Origin: Novakomyces olei
Taxonomy: Eukaryota
Direction of reading: 5' to 3'
Length of the DNA: 64,000 nucleotides
NCBI GenBank assembly: GCA_016906335.1
Contig: JADEYG010000003.1
Coordinates: 1 to 64,000, forward strand
The notes below the pieces were generated by a model, which saw only the letters and a list, made by a program, of their open reading frames with translations, was not told where the DNA came from and ran no database searches. The position numbers were made by a program, and so were the translations under genes. Of the stretch, positions 1 through 10,597 are shown one piece after another. The stretch's first letter is position 1. Every line of letters starts with the position of its first letter.

Positions 1-114
1 CTAACTAACCCTAACTAACCCTAACTAACCCTAACTAACCCTAACTAACCCTGACTAACCCTAACTAACCCTAACTAACCCTAACTAACCCTAACTAACC
101 CTGACTAACCCTGA
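1..114. repeat. Telomeric tandem repeat, 10-bp unit CTAACTAACC (G-strand GGGTTAGTTA) with CTGACTAACC variants
   Basis: Eleven consecutive 10-mers from position 1, with variants at 51-60 and 101-110 and a partial unit at 111-114. C-rich strand is at the 5' end of the window. Confidence 0.95.
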
Positions 115-1634
115 CTCTCCCTCCCTTTCATATCCAACAATCTCAATATAATTCTCTACTCCATTCGATCATAAATAACCCTAACCCTAAATAAATATCA
201 CCGTACATTATTCCCCCATACATTATTCCCCCATACACATTATTCTCCATACATTAATCCCCCATACATTAATTCCCCATACATTATTCCCATACATTAA
301 TCCCCCATATATTATTATACCATACATTATTATACATACATTATTCCTCCATACATTATTCCACCATATATTATTATACCATACATTATAATGCCATATA
401 TTATTATACCATATGATTCTACCATATATTATTATACATACATTACTTTACAATAACTTTACAATACATTATTCTACCATATATTATTTACCATACATTA
501 TTATACATACTTTACTTTACAATACATTATTATACCATACATTATTATACGTTTACCTATACATTATTCACTTTACAATACATTATTTTACCATATATTA
601 TTATACCACACATTATTATACATACATTATTCCTCCATACATTATTCCTCCATACATTATTATACATACATTACTTTACAATAACTTTACAATACATTAT
701 TCTACCATACATTATTATACATACATTACTTTACAATAACTTTACAATACATTATTCTACCATATATTATTATACCATACATTATTATACCATACATTAT
801 TATACATACATTATTCCTATACATTAAATTACCATACATTATTATACTATACATTATTATACATACATTGCTTTACAATAAATTATTCTACTATACATTA
901 TTATAATGCCACATAAAATGCATCCTGCGCCGTCATGAGCTTTTTATAAATCTTTAAACCCATATATCTCCATAATTACTAATCCAATCTTGTAAACAAG
1001 TATATATTTACACTCCTACTGCACCCCTCTATCCAACCATACACTTTTTGTAAAAACACTTGTTCATTCGACGTTTTGTCACCTCTACACATGGACTACA
1101 CACTCTTAATTTTTCTTATTTTTCTGACGTTTTTCTTATTATACTTTATTACTATGGGGCTCTCTCTATAATATTTTTATTATATTATCAGATAGCTATA
1201 ATATGTGTAGACCATCTTGTATAATAATTATATTTTATAAATTCAGCAGCCCTACCCTCGCCGCAATATGGTTTGCCAATGTATTAGAATTAAGGCGGAA
1301 ACTATTTTTGCTCTTACGTCGTTCTTACCCCCGTTTATGCCAATTTCCTTAGCATTCCCGCGCAATTTCCCATATTATAATTTGGAATTTAGTCGGAAAA
1401 TTCTCCCTAAAAAACCCTGCCTCCACGTTTCTCCTACCATTCTTATTAGAATTACGCCATAATTCGCGGGAATGCTAAGGAAATTGGCATGACCCCCCCC
1501 TCATACATTAATTATTTTTCGAAATGGAATTATGGCGTAAAGGAAAAGCGAAAACCCTGACTAGAATTATACATAATAAGAATCACATTACATAAAAATG
1601 GAATTTCGCCATAATTCCGTCTTGAATATATCTA
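115..1634. mobile_element. Subtelomeric element copy A (distally truncated, capped by telomere)
   Basis: Near-identical to 2764-4220; ends in the shared terminus TTGAATATATCTA. Confidence 0.8.
204..905. repeat. Degenerate AT-rich tandem array (CATACATTATT-type units), almost G-free on the + strand; repeated at about 2853-3490 and 4663-4905
   Basis: Reiterated CATACATTATTATA / CATACATTATTCCTC / TTACTTTACAATA units are directly visible. Confidence 0.9.
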
Positions 1635-4220
1635 GGCTGCGTTGGTTCCAACCTCGACCTTTACGCATGCCCGACAAGCCTTGCAAGCAACTACCTTTAA
1701 ACCAAAGGCCTCCTCGATTCCCAAGTACTCCATGACTGAGTATATCTGTTCAAGTCTTTAATTACTACTAGAAACATGCTGTAATCTATTTTCGATATAA
1801 TGCGAATCTTATTATTAATAGTGTGAATTTCCTTTCCGTCGTCGCGATTTTTACCATATATTAACCTGGAATTATGCAGTAAAATCTACCCTCGAAAACC
1901 CTGTTTGACTATTTGTTATTCAATTCTTATTAGAATTACGCCGTAATTCGCGACGACGAGCAGCAAATTCACATGACCCCCCTCCCATACATTAATTAAT
2001 TTTCAAACTGGAATTACGCCGTAATTCTACGTAGAACACCCTAACAAAAAATATAGCTAATAAAAACTACGATACATATATTTCGAATTACGGCGTAATT
2101 CGCGCAGGAATATGTATAGAATTACATTACACATAAATGAAATTTCGCAATAGCTTCGTCTTGAATATATATTTTTTGAATATATTTATATTAGTCTCCA
2201 TGCTTAATAAATACTTATATTTATACCATATACATTCCTACATACATTATTCCCCCATACATTAATCCCCATACATCATTTTACCAAACATTATTCCTCC
2301 ATAACCCTAACCCCCATTACCATTCTCTATTTTATAAACTTCTTCCCCCAACATGCTATCATTCTCTTATAATAAATTACTAACCCTAACATTCATACAC
2401 TTAGAACTAAATAACCCTAATTCTTCTCACTTTAACCATAGCCCTACCTCCTAACTCCATCAACTTCCATCTGCTTCCCTCAACTCTTCCAAAATCTTTC
2501 TTTCTTCATCTCCCATCACTTTTCCACATCCCCTCACACCCCTTCAATCTATTATTATTCACATTTTCCGCCCTTTTAAAACTTTTACATCATCATTTTT
2601 ATTTGATCCTTTCTAAACTTTAACCAAATATTATAAAATACTAAATAATATTAAAACAATCTTCCTTTCAATAACTGTCCTTTATCAAACATTTTTTTGG
2701 CAACTTCTACATTACTCTATTCCCATTTTCTATTTCCCTTTACTTCCTATCTCAACTCCAACTCTCTCCCTCCCTTTCATATCCAACAATCTCAATATAA
2801 TTCTCTACTCCATTCGATCATAAATAACCCTAACCCTAAATAAATATCACCGTACATTATTCCCCCATACATTATTCCCCCATACACATTATTCTCCATA
2901 CATTAATCCCCCATACATTAATTCCCCATACATTATTCCCATACATTAATCCCCCATATATTATTATACCATACATTATTATACATACATTATTCCTCCA
3001 TACATTATTCCACCATATATTATTATACCATACATTATAATGCCATATATTATTATACCATATGATTCTACCATATATTATTATACATACATTACTTTAC
3101 AATAACTTTACAATACATTATTCTACCATATATTATTTACCATACATTATTATACATACTTTACTTTACAATACATTATTATACCATACATTATTATACA
3201 TACATTATTCACTTTACAATACATTATTTTACCATATATTATTATACCACACATTATTATACATACATTATTCCTCCATACATTATTCCTCCATACATTA
3301 TTATACATACATTACTTTACAATAACTTTACAATACATTATTCTACCATATATTATTATACCATACATTATTATACCATACATTATTATACATACATTAT
3401 TCCTATACATTAAATTACCATACATTATTATACTATACATTATTATACATACATTGCTTTACAATAAATTATTCTACTATACATTATTATAATGCCACAT
3501 AAAATGCATCCTGCGCCGTCATGAGCTTTTTATAAATCTTTAAACCCATATATCTCCATAATTACTAATCCAATCTTGTAAACAAGTATATATTTACACT
3601 CCTACTGCACCCCTCTATCCAACCATACACTTTTTGTAAAAACACTTGTTCATTCGACGTTTTGTCACCTCTACACATGGACTACACACTCTTAATTTTT
3701 CTTATTTTTCTGACGTTTTTCTTATTATACTTTATTACTATGGGGCTCTCTCTATAATATTTTTATTATATTATCAGATAGCTATAATATGTGTAGACCA
3801 TCTTGTATAATAATTATATTTTATAAATTCAGCAACCCTACCCTCGCCGCAATATGGTTTGCCAATGTTTTGGAATTAAGGCGGAAACTATTTTTGCTCT
3901 TACGTCGTTCTTACCCCCGTTTATGCCAATTTCCTTAGCATTCCCGCGCAATTTCCCATATTATAATTTGGAATTTAGTCGGAAAATTCTCCCTAAAAAA
4001 CCCTGCCTCCACGTTTCTCCTACCATTCTTATTAGAATTACGCCATAATTCGCGGGAATGCTAAGGAAATTGGCATGACCCCCCCCTCATACATTAATTA
4101 TTTTTCGAAATGGAATTATGGCGTAAAGGAAAAGCGAAAACCCTGACTAGAATTATACATAATAAGAATCGCATTACATAAAAATGGAATTTCGCCATAA
4201 TTCCGTCTTGAATATATCTA
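1635..4220. mobile_element. Subtelomeric element copy B (TLH 5' fragment plus the complete upstream region)
   Basis: 1635-2125 matches 9256-9746 and 2764-4220 matches copy A; same terminus at 4220. Confidence 0.8.
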
Positions 4221-5634
4221 GAACTAAATAACCCTAATTCTTCTCACTTTAACCATAGCCCTACCTCCTAACTCCATCAACTTCCATCTGCTTCCCTCAA
4301 CTCTTCCAAAATCTTTCTTTCTTCATCTCCCATCACTTTTCCACATCCCCTCACACCCCTTCAATCTATTATTATTCACATTTTCCGCCCTTTTAAAACT
4401 TTTACATCATCATTTTTATTTGATCCTTTCTAAACTTTAACCAAATATTATAAAATACTAAATAATATTTAAACAATCTTCCTTTCAATAACTGTCCTTT
4501 ATCAAACATTTTTTTGGCAACTTCTACATTACTCTATTCCCATTTTCTATTTCCCTTTACTTCCTATCTCAACTCCAACTCTCTCCCTCCCTTTCATATC
4601 CAACAATCTCAATATAATTCTCTACTCCATTCGATCATAAATAACCCTAACCCTAAATAAATTACACATTATTATACATACATTATTCCTCCATACATTA
4701 TTCCTCCATACATTATTATACATACATTACTTTACAATAACTTTACAATACATTATTCTACCATATATTATTATACCATACATTATTATACCATACATTA
4801 TTATACATACATTATTCCTATCATTAAATTACCATACATTATTATACTATACATTATTATACATACATTGCTTTACAATAAATTATTCTACTATACATTA
4901 TTATAATGCCACATAAAATGCATCCTGCGCCGTCATGAGCTTTTTATAAATCTTTAAACCCATATATCTCCATAATTACTAATCCAATCTTGTAAACAAA
5001 TATATATTTACACTCTTACTGCTCCCCTCTATCCAACCATACACTTTTTGTAAAAACACTTGTTCTTTCGACGTTTTGTCACCTCTACACATGGACTACA
5101 CACTCTTAATTTTTCTTATTTTTCTGACGTTTTTCTTATTATACTTCTATTACTATGTTGCCCTCTCTATAATATTTATATTATATTATCAGATAACTAT
5201 AATATGTGTAGCACATCTTGTATAATAAATATATTATATAAATACAACAACCCTACCCTCGCCGCAATATGGTTTGCCAATGTTTTGGAATTAAGGCGGA
5301 AACTATTTTTGCTCTTACGTCGATCTTACCCCCGTTTATGCCAATTTCCTTAGCATTCCCGCGCAATTTCCCATATTATAATTTGGAATTTAGTCGGAAA
5401 ATTCTCCCTAAAAAACCCTGCCTCCACGTTTCTCCTACCATTCTTATTAGAATTACGCCATAATTCGCGGGAATGCTAAGGAAATTGGCATGACCCCCCC
5501 TCATACATTAATTATTTTTCGAAATGGAATTATGGCGTAAAGGAAAAGCGAAAACCCTGACTAGAATTATACATAATAAGAATCGCATTACATAAAAATG
5601 GAATTTCGCCATAATTCCGTCTTGAATATATCTA
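4221..5634. mobile_element. Subtelomeric element copy C (truncated, internal deletion, slightly diverged)
   Basis: Starts at the equivalent of 2404, lacks part of the AT-rich array after about 4660, carries several SNPs at about 5000-5250, and has the same terminus at 5634. Confidence 0.8.
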
Positions 5635-7437
5635 GACTTCGGCCCATCTCGCCTGTCTTCTAGAGAGCTGTTTCGTCGTTGTAAATGTCTGTAAGTTGCG
5701 ATGGTCTGTGTAGACAATAATTGGTATAGCATGACCTTGCAAATACGTTCTCCAAACTTTGAAAGCCCAAACTATAGCTAACAACTCTTTATCATGTATG
5801 TCGTAGTTAGTCTCTGCTGGTGTAAGCTTTCGGCTTATAAATGCAACTGGTCGTCTGCCTTTTTCTGGCCCTTGCGTCAACACTGCTCCGAGTGCAAAAT
5901 CAGACGCATCCGTTTCGATAATACATTGTTGATCTGGGTCATAGTGTTGTAGCATCACATCGCTAACGAAACATTTTTTCAATTTAGCAAAGCTTTCCTG
6001 CTGCTCTGTCTCCCATATAAACTTTTCATTTTTCTTTAGCGTTCGTGTTATCGGCAACGCTATCTTCGCAAAATCTTTTATAAATCTCCTGTAGTAGTTG
6101 CAAAAACCAAGGAAGACTTGAACATCGTGCACAGATCTTGGTGGCTCCCATTGCAAAATAGGTTCCCTTTTATCTGCGCACATCGACACTCCATTCGTCG
6201 ATAAGTTGTAACCAAGAAATTCGACGCTTTCTTTGTGAAATGCGCATTTCTCGTCCTTAGCATAAAGATTATTCTCTCTCAATCTTCTTAATACTTCTTT
6301 CACATCGTTCACATGCGATTCCCTATCGCGTGAAAATACCAAAATGTCGTCCAGATAGATTAACACTTTGTAATCTAATAAATCTCGAAACACATCATTC
6401 ATCAAGTTTTGGAACGTGGCGGGTGCATTGGTAAGACCAAAAGGCATGACCAAATATTCGAAATGCCCGTACCTTGTTCGAAAGGCAGTCTTCCATTCAT
6501 CCCCTTCTTTTATCCTGATAAGATTGTATGCTCCTCTGAGATCGATTTTTGACATAATCTTAACTCCAGTAAGTTTGTCAATAAGGTCATCGATACGTGG
6601 GATTGGGTACTTGTTCTTGATAGTAATCGAATTCAATCCACGATAATCGACACACAATCGTAATTCTCCATTTTTCTTTGGTACAAATAGAACTGGCGCT
6701 CCTGCAGGCGACTTGGAACGACGTATAAATCCCTTAGCCAAGTTCTCTTCCAAATAATCCAATAAATACTTCTGTTCCTTTGGGTTGACACTGTAGACTG
6801 GCCCGAAAGGTACAACAGAATCCTTTGTTAGTTCGATCTCGTGATCGTAACTTCTGTGTGGAGGCAATGTTTCCACGTTCTTTTCTTCAAACACATCTTT
6901 AAAGTCAGTATACTCTGGTGGTATTGTATTTGTAACCATCTCTTCATCCGTGGTAATACTGCTCAACTGTATATTCGAAATTTCGTCTTTCACCGTAGGA
7001 GTACTTGCATTGCGAGGCTTTATAGTTCCATTAATCCAATCAATATCTGGATTGTGCTTCTGAAACCATGGTAACCCAAGGATGGCGTCGTTCTTGCCAA
7101 TATTGGTAACAAGGAATGATTCTTCAGATACAAAACCTTGTACATCGACATGTAGATCCTTCGTCTTTATGGGTACTCCACCTCGTGCAATATGCTTTCC
7201 ATTTGCAACTCTGACAAATATAGGTGTTTTCAGACGTTCGGTCTCGGCCTTAAGTGCCAAAACAGTTCTTGGATTAATAAAATTAGTGTCTGACCCACTG
7301 TCTAGTAGCACTTTAATTCTCTTGCCGTTTACAACACACGACAACTCAAACCTCCCATAAGGTTTATCGTCTGGTGGCTTTTTCTGTGCCATCACCCCTA
7401 GAGACACCACCGTCGGCTCTAGGCTTGGCCTTTTAAA
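5632..7437 (-). pseudogene. pol: Ty3/gypsy pol (protease-RT-RNase H), truncated before integrase
   Basis: LDSGS protease motif, YLDD RT motif, ETDASD/DKELLAIV/YTDHRNL RNase H motifs. The ORF stops at QARWAEV exactly at the terminus of copy C; no integrase or 3' LTR. Confidence 0.93.
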
Positions 7438-8330
7438 TTCTTCGAATCCTCTGCTCTCACATCTCTCGCAGGATATGGTGCAGGACAATACTTCGAAACA
7501 TGTCCTTCTTCATTGCAACGATAACATTTGACCTTAAAGCCAACATGCTTCGGTTTAGCGTTCCTGTTAGCACGGACGCTATCTTTCAAACTTGCTCTTG
7601 TCTCCAAAAAGTCAACTTCCATAGGTGTATAACCAGCCGAGCCCACTCCACGGTACTCCGGTATTCTCTTCACCGTTCTGGTTCTAGCCTTGCTTCGTTC
7701 AAACAAGCGAGTATCAATCTTAACGCATTCTTCAATGAGCTTCTCAAGCTCTTCTGGCGGATCGCGACGAGCCAATTCGTCTTTGATATCCTCTTTAAGT
7801 CCTTCGTAGAACTGCGCAACGAGCGCATCGTTGTTCCACGTAAGCCACGACTTAACACGCTCAAACTCTGTGGCATAATGCGACACGGATCCCTTCTGTC
7901 TCAATAAGCGGATCTGTCTTTCAGCCGTTCTGCGGACGTCCCTGTCCCCGAACATTTTCTCCAAGGTTTGGCAAAAATTGTTAAAATCGTCAAGTATGGC
8001 GCCATTGTCGCTACGGACATGTGGCTCAAACCATTTAAAAGCAACTCCCCTAAGGTAGGAGGCTGCAAACATAACACGCTGCCGATCCGTGCTGTATCGT
8101 TCCGGTTGTCCCGCGATGACCATCTGGACATGGGTCAGAAAATCCCCCGTTTGCGAACGATCGCCCGAAAAGTACGGCGGAGGAGCAAGCTTAGGCTCCT
8201 TGGTGCGCGTGTTGGACACGATTCCATTAGCGGCGCGAAGTCGCTCACTAAGGCTCTGGTTTTCCGTTTCGAGTCTCTCGAGGCGAGCCGTCGTTTGCTC
8301 AAGAAACGATTGTAGCTGCTGATAATCCAT
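7419..8330 (-). CDS. gag: Ty3/gypsy Gag
   Basis: Retrotransposon capsid motifs (LRQKGSVSHYATEF, FYEGLKEDIKD) and CX2CX4HX4C knuckle CYRCNEEGHVSKYC. Confidence 0.92.
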   Translation of the reverse strand: MDYQQLQSFLEQTTARLERLETENQSLSERLRAANGIVSNTRTKEPKLAPPPYFSGDRSQTGDFLTHVQMVIAGQPERYSTDRQRVMFAASYLRGVAFKWFEPHVRSDNGAILDDFNNFCQTLEKMFGDRDVRRTAERQIRLLRQKGSVSHYATEFERVKSWLTWNNDALVAQFYEGLKEDIKDELARRDPPEELEKLIEECVKIDTRLFERSKARTRTVKRIPEYRGVGSAGYTPMEVDFLETRASLKDSVRANRNAKPKHVGFKVKCYRCNEEGHVSKYCPAPYPARDVRAEDSKNLKGQA

Positions 8331-8372
8331 CGTAAAAAGCTCGAAGAAAACGTCACAGTCCCCGAATCGTGG

Positions 8373-8381
8373 ACGTGTAAT
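8373..8381 (-). promoter_or_regulatory. Self-priming PBS (ATTACACGT), complementary to ACGTGTAAT in the LTR (8510-8518)
   Basis: 9-nt complementarity, 2 nt from the LTR end; the partner lies about 30 nt downstream of the TATA box, as in Tf1-type elements. Confidence 0.75.
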
Positions 8382-8383
8382 AC

Positions 8384-8783
8384 TGTTATGGTTGTAGAAG
8401 GCGAAAGCCTAAAGGAGAACCCAATTGCCGGATTTCACGCCGGCTCTGGGACTATGAGAAAATTAAGAGATAGAACTGGGTTTAAAAGATTGGGTCTCCC
8501 CAAAGTTCGATTACACGTAGCGAGAAAAGTAGAAGCAGGACCTCTATTTATATCCTCGCTACGTAGAATATTCTAGAAACACTAACTACTTAAACGATTA
8601 AACAAACTAACAAGTAAAAGCAGTCAGAACAATAATAGTCAATAAATAATAAATAATAAGTAAATATTTAAATAAATATTCAATATTAAATAAAGACAAC
8701 AAACAAATAATAATATAGCGCTTCAATAGCGTCGGTGCTATCGAAGACGCAATAACAATATAGAAATAAATTAAATCGTAACA
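8384..8783 (-). mobile_element. 5' LTR (400 bp) of the Ty3/gypsy element
   Basis: TGTTA...TAACA inverted ends and a TATAAATA box (8545-8552); lies just upstream of gag and interrupts the DUF3505 ORF. Confidence 0.85.
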
Positions 8784-9354
8784 CCCACGGTGGAATGTCT
8801 CTTTGATCGACATCACTTTCTGTTGCAGCACTGGGAAGGGTTATAAGGGTCTTTTCCAAGAACTTTCCTACAACGCCCTCCGCGGCTGAATTTGAGCTTG
8901 GTTTTAAACCATCTTTCGCAGCAACACGAAAATATTTCAGAAATTGATTCTCTGTAAAACAAGTTTGTAGGGGTGAACAAACAATATGATCTTTTGATGT
9001 TCGAACAGTATGTTCTTTTGAGATATGCTGCTCAATGACCTTTCGCGATGTTGAAGCAGCATCATAGCAAAAACTGCAGTAGTAGCCTTGGCAAACCTTT
9101 AGAAATAATAACGGTTCAACCACTTCACGCAGGCTCGGCGTGCTCCAATATATATTCAAAACAGGAGCGATATTCACGTCGTTTGCATTAATTACAGAAA
9201 GTGCAATTTGAAGTTCAGTTGACTTTAGCTTATGCGCCTGACGCAAATGCCTTTCGGCTGCGTTGGTTCCAACCTCGACCTTTACGCATGCCCGACAAGC
9301 CTTGCAAGCAACTACCTTTAAACCAAAGGCCTCCTCGATTCCCAAGTACTCCAT
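8784..9354 (-). pseudogene. DUF3505 (OrsD-like) Zn-finger N-terminus of a telomere-linked RecQ helicase (TLH)-type protein, interrupted by the LTR
   Basis: CxxC...HLxxxH and GYYCSFC...HISKEH...LQTCF...YFRV pattern typical of DUF3505; transcribed toward the telomere. A further 5' fragment lies at 1635-1733. The helicase domain is not present in the window. Confidence 0.7.
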
Positions 9355-9925
9355 GACTGAGTATATCTGTTCAAGTCTTTAATTACTACTAGAAACATGC
9401 TGTAATCTATTTTCGATATAATGCGAATCTTATTATTAATAGTGTGAATTTCCTTTCCGTCGTCGCGATTTTTACCATATATTAACCTGGAATTATGCAG
9501 TAAAATCTACCCTCGAAAACCCTGTTTGACTATTTGTTATTCAATTCTTATTAGAATTACGCCGTAATTCGCGACGACGAGCAGCAAATTCACATGACCC
9601 CCCTCCCATACATTAATTAATTTTCAAACTGGAATTACGCCGTAATTCTACGTAGAACACCCTAACAAAAAATATAGCTAATAAAAACTACGATACATAT
9701 ATTTCGAATTACGGCGTAATTCGCGCAGGAATATGTGTAGAATTACGCCATAATTCGCGGGAATGCTAAGGAAATTGGCATGACCCCCCCCTCATACATT
9801 AATTATTTTTCGAAATGGAATTATGGCGTAAAGGAAAAGCGAAAACCCTGACTAGAATTATACATAATAAGAATCACATTACATAAAAATGGAATTTCGC
9901 CATAATTCCGTCTTGAATATATCTA

Positions 9926-9960
9926 GGAATTTCGCCATAATTCCGTCTTGAATATATCTA
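9926..9960. mobile_element. Copy E: 35-bp terminus-only copy (hairpin plus end)
   Basis: GGAATTTCGCCATAATTCCGTCTTGAATATATCTA, an exact tandem duplicate of the end of copy D. Confidence 0.75.
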
Positions 9961-9980
9961 GACTAACCCTAACTAACCCT
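9961..9980. repeat. Internal telomeric tract GACTAACCCTAACTAACCCT at the base of the element stack
   Basis: Two telomere units in the same orientation as the terminal telomere, directly abutting copy E. Confidence 0.85.
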
Positions 9981-10597
9981 TTACTAGTTTTTACCGTTTT
10001 CCATTAAATTATCTTCTAAATCTTATATATGTTGATTCATACGCGTTTTGTAGACTGGATTCAGTCACTAGTTATGTGTTGGCTAGTAATAGATTGACTC
10101 TGTTGGAAGATGAATTTGTTATCCTCTCATACTACTTTTGTTTATGTCGTTTTCTCCAATTTGTGAATACTTTTAACCTCATTCATATTCCTATTAATCT
10201 CTAGCACTTCTCAAAATGTTCTCTATTTTTTACAAGTGCGGATTCAATACATTAAAATGTCAAGGTTATGTGATCACTATGTACCAAAAAGCGGCAAATC
10301 CTTCACTTACCGTCAAATACAATGCACACTTAATGCTTTTACGCACTCTAATATAACTTCACCGTACAATCTCAATTCGTTAGAGCCCCAGAACCCAAAA
10401 AAATAGTATATGAAGAATCATCGTTTTCATCGTTAGTATGAAAGCGCTAGTATACGTCTACGTACAAAAATCGGACCCCTAAATACTCATACGTTATGGG
10501 CATAAAGCGAGCCTGTGGCCAAATAAGCCAAAAATTATGTCCGCCTGAATAAAACATGAATTCATTAGATATCTTTAACTATTTCACGACAGGCTTT

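Larger units (their letters stand above)
5635..9925. mobile_element. Subtelomeric element copy D (TLH N-terminus with nested LTR retrotransposon; internal deletion)
   Basis: 9256-9746 matches 1635-2125, then jumps at TAGAATTAC to 9738-9925, which matches 1447-1634; same terminus. Confidence 0.7.

Noticed and set aside
1540-1600. Hammerhead ribozyme of a Penelope-like element
   Set aside because: CTGACTAGA does not fit the CUGANGA core and I could not build the three stems.
1600-1635. Canonical Helitron 3' end (hairpin plus CTAG)
   Set aside because: The resemblance is real, but the base after CTAG is never T (G, A, A, G, A), the G may be target-derived, distal target sequence is lost each time, and no Rep/Pif1 gene is present. 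Kept only as a mechanistic analogy.
204-2172. CRISPR-like array
   Set aside because: Eukaryotic context, degenerate tandem units without unique spacers of regular length, and no cas genes.
413-5463. ORFs 413-739, 1268-1462, 3062-3325, 3854-4048, 5060-5353, 5269-5463
   Set aside because: Low-complexity or repeat-derived frames with no recognisable domain; they recur only because the DNA is duplicated.
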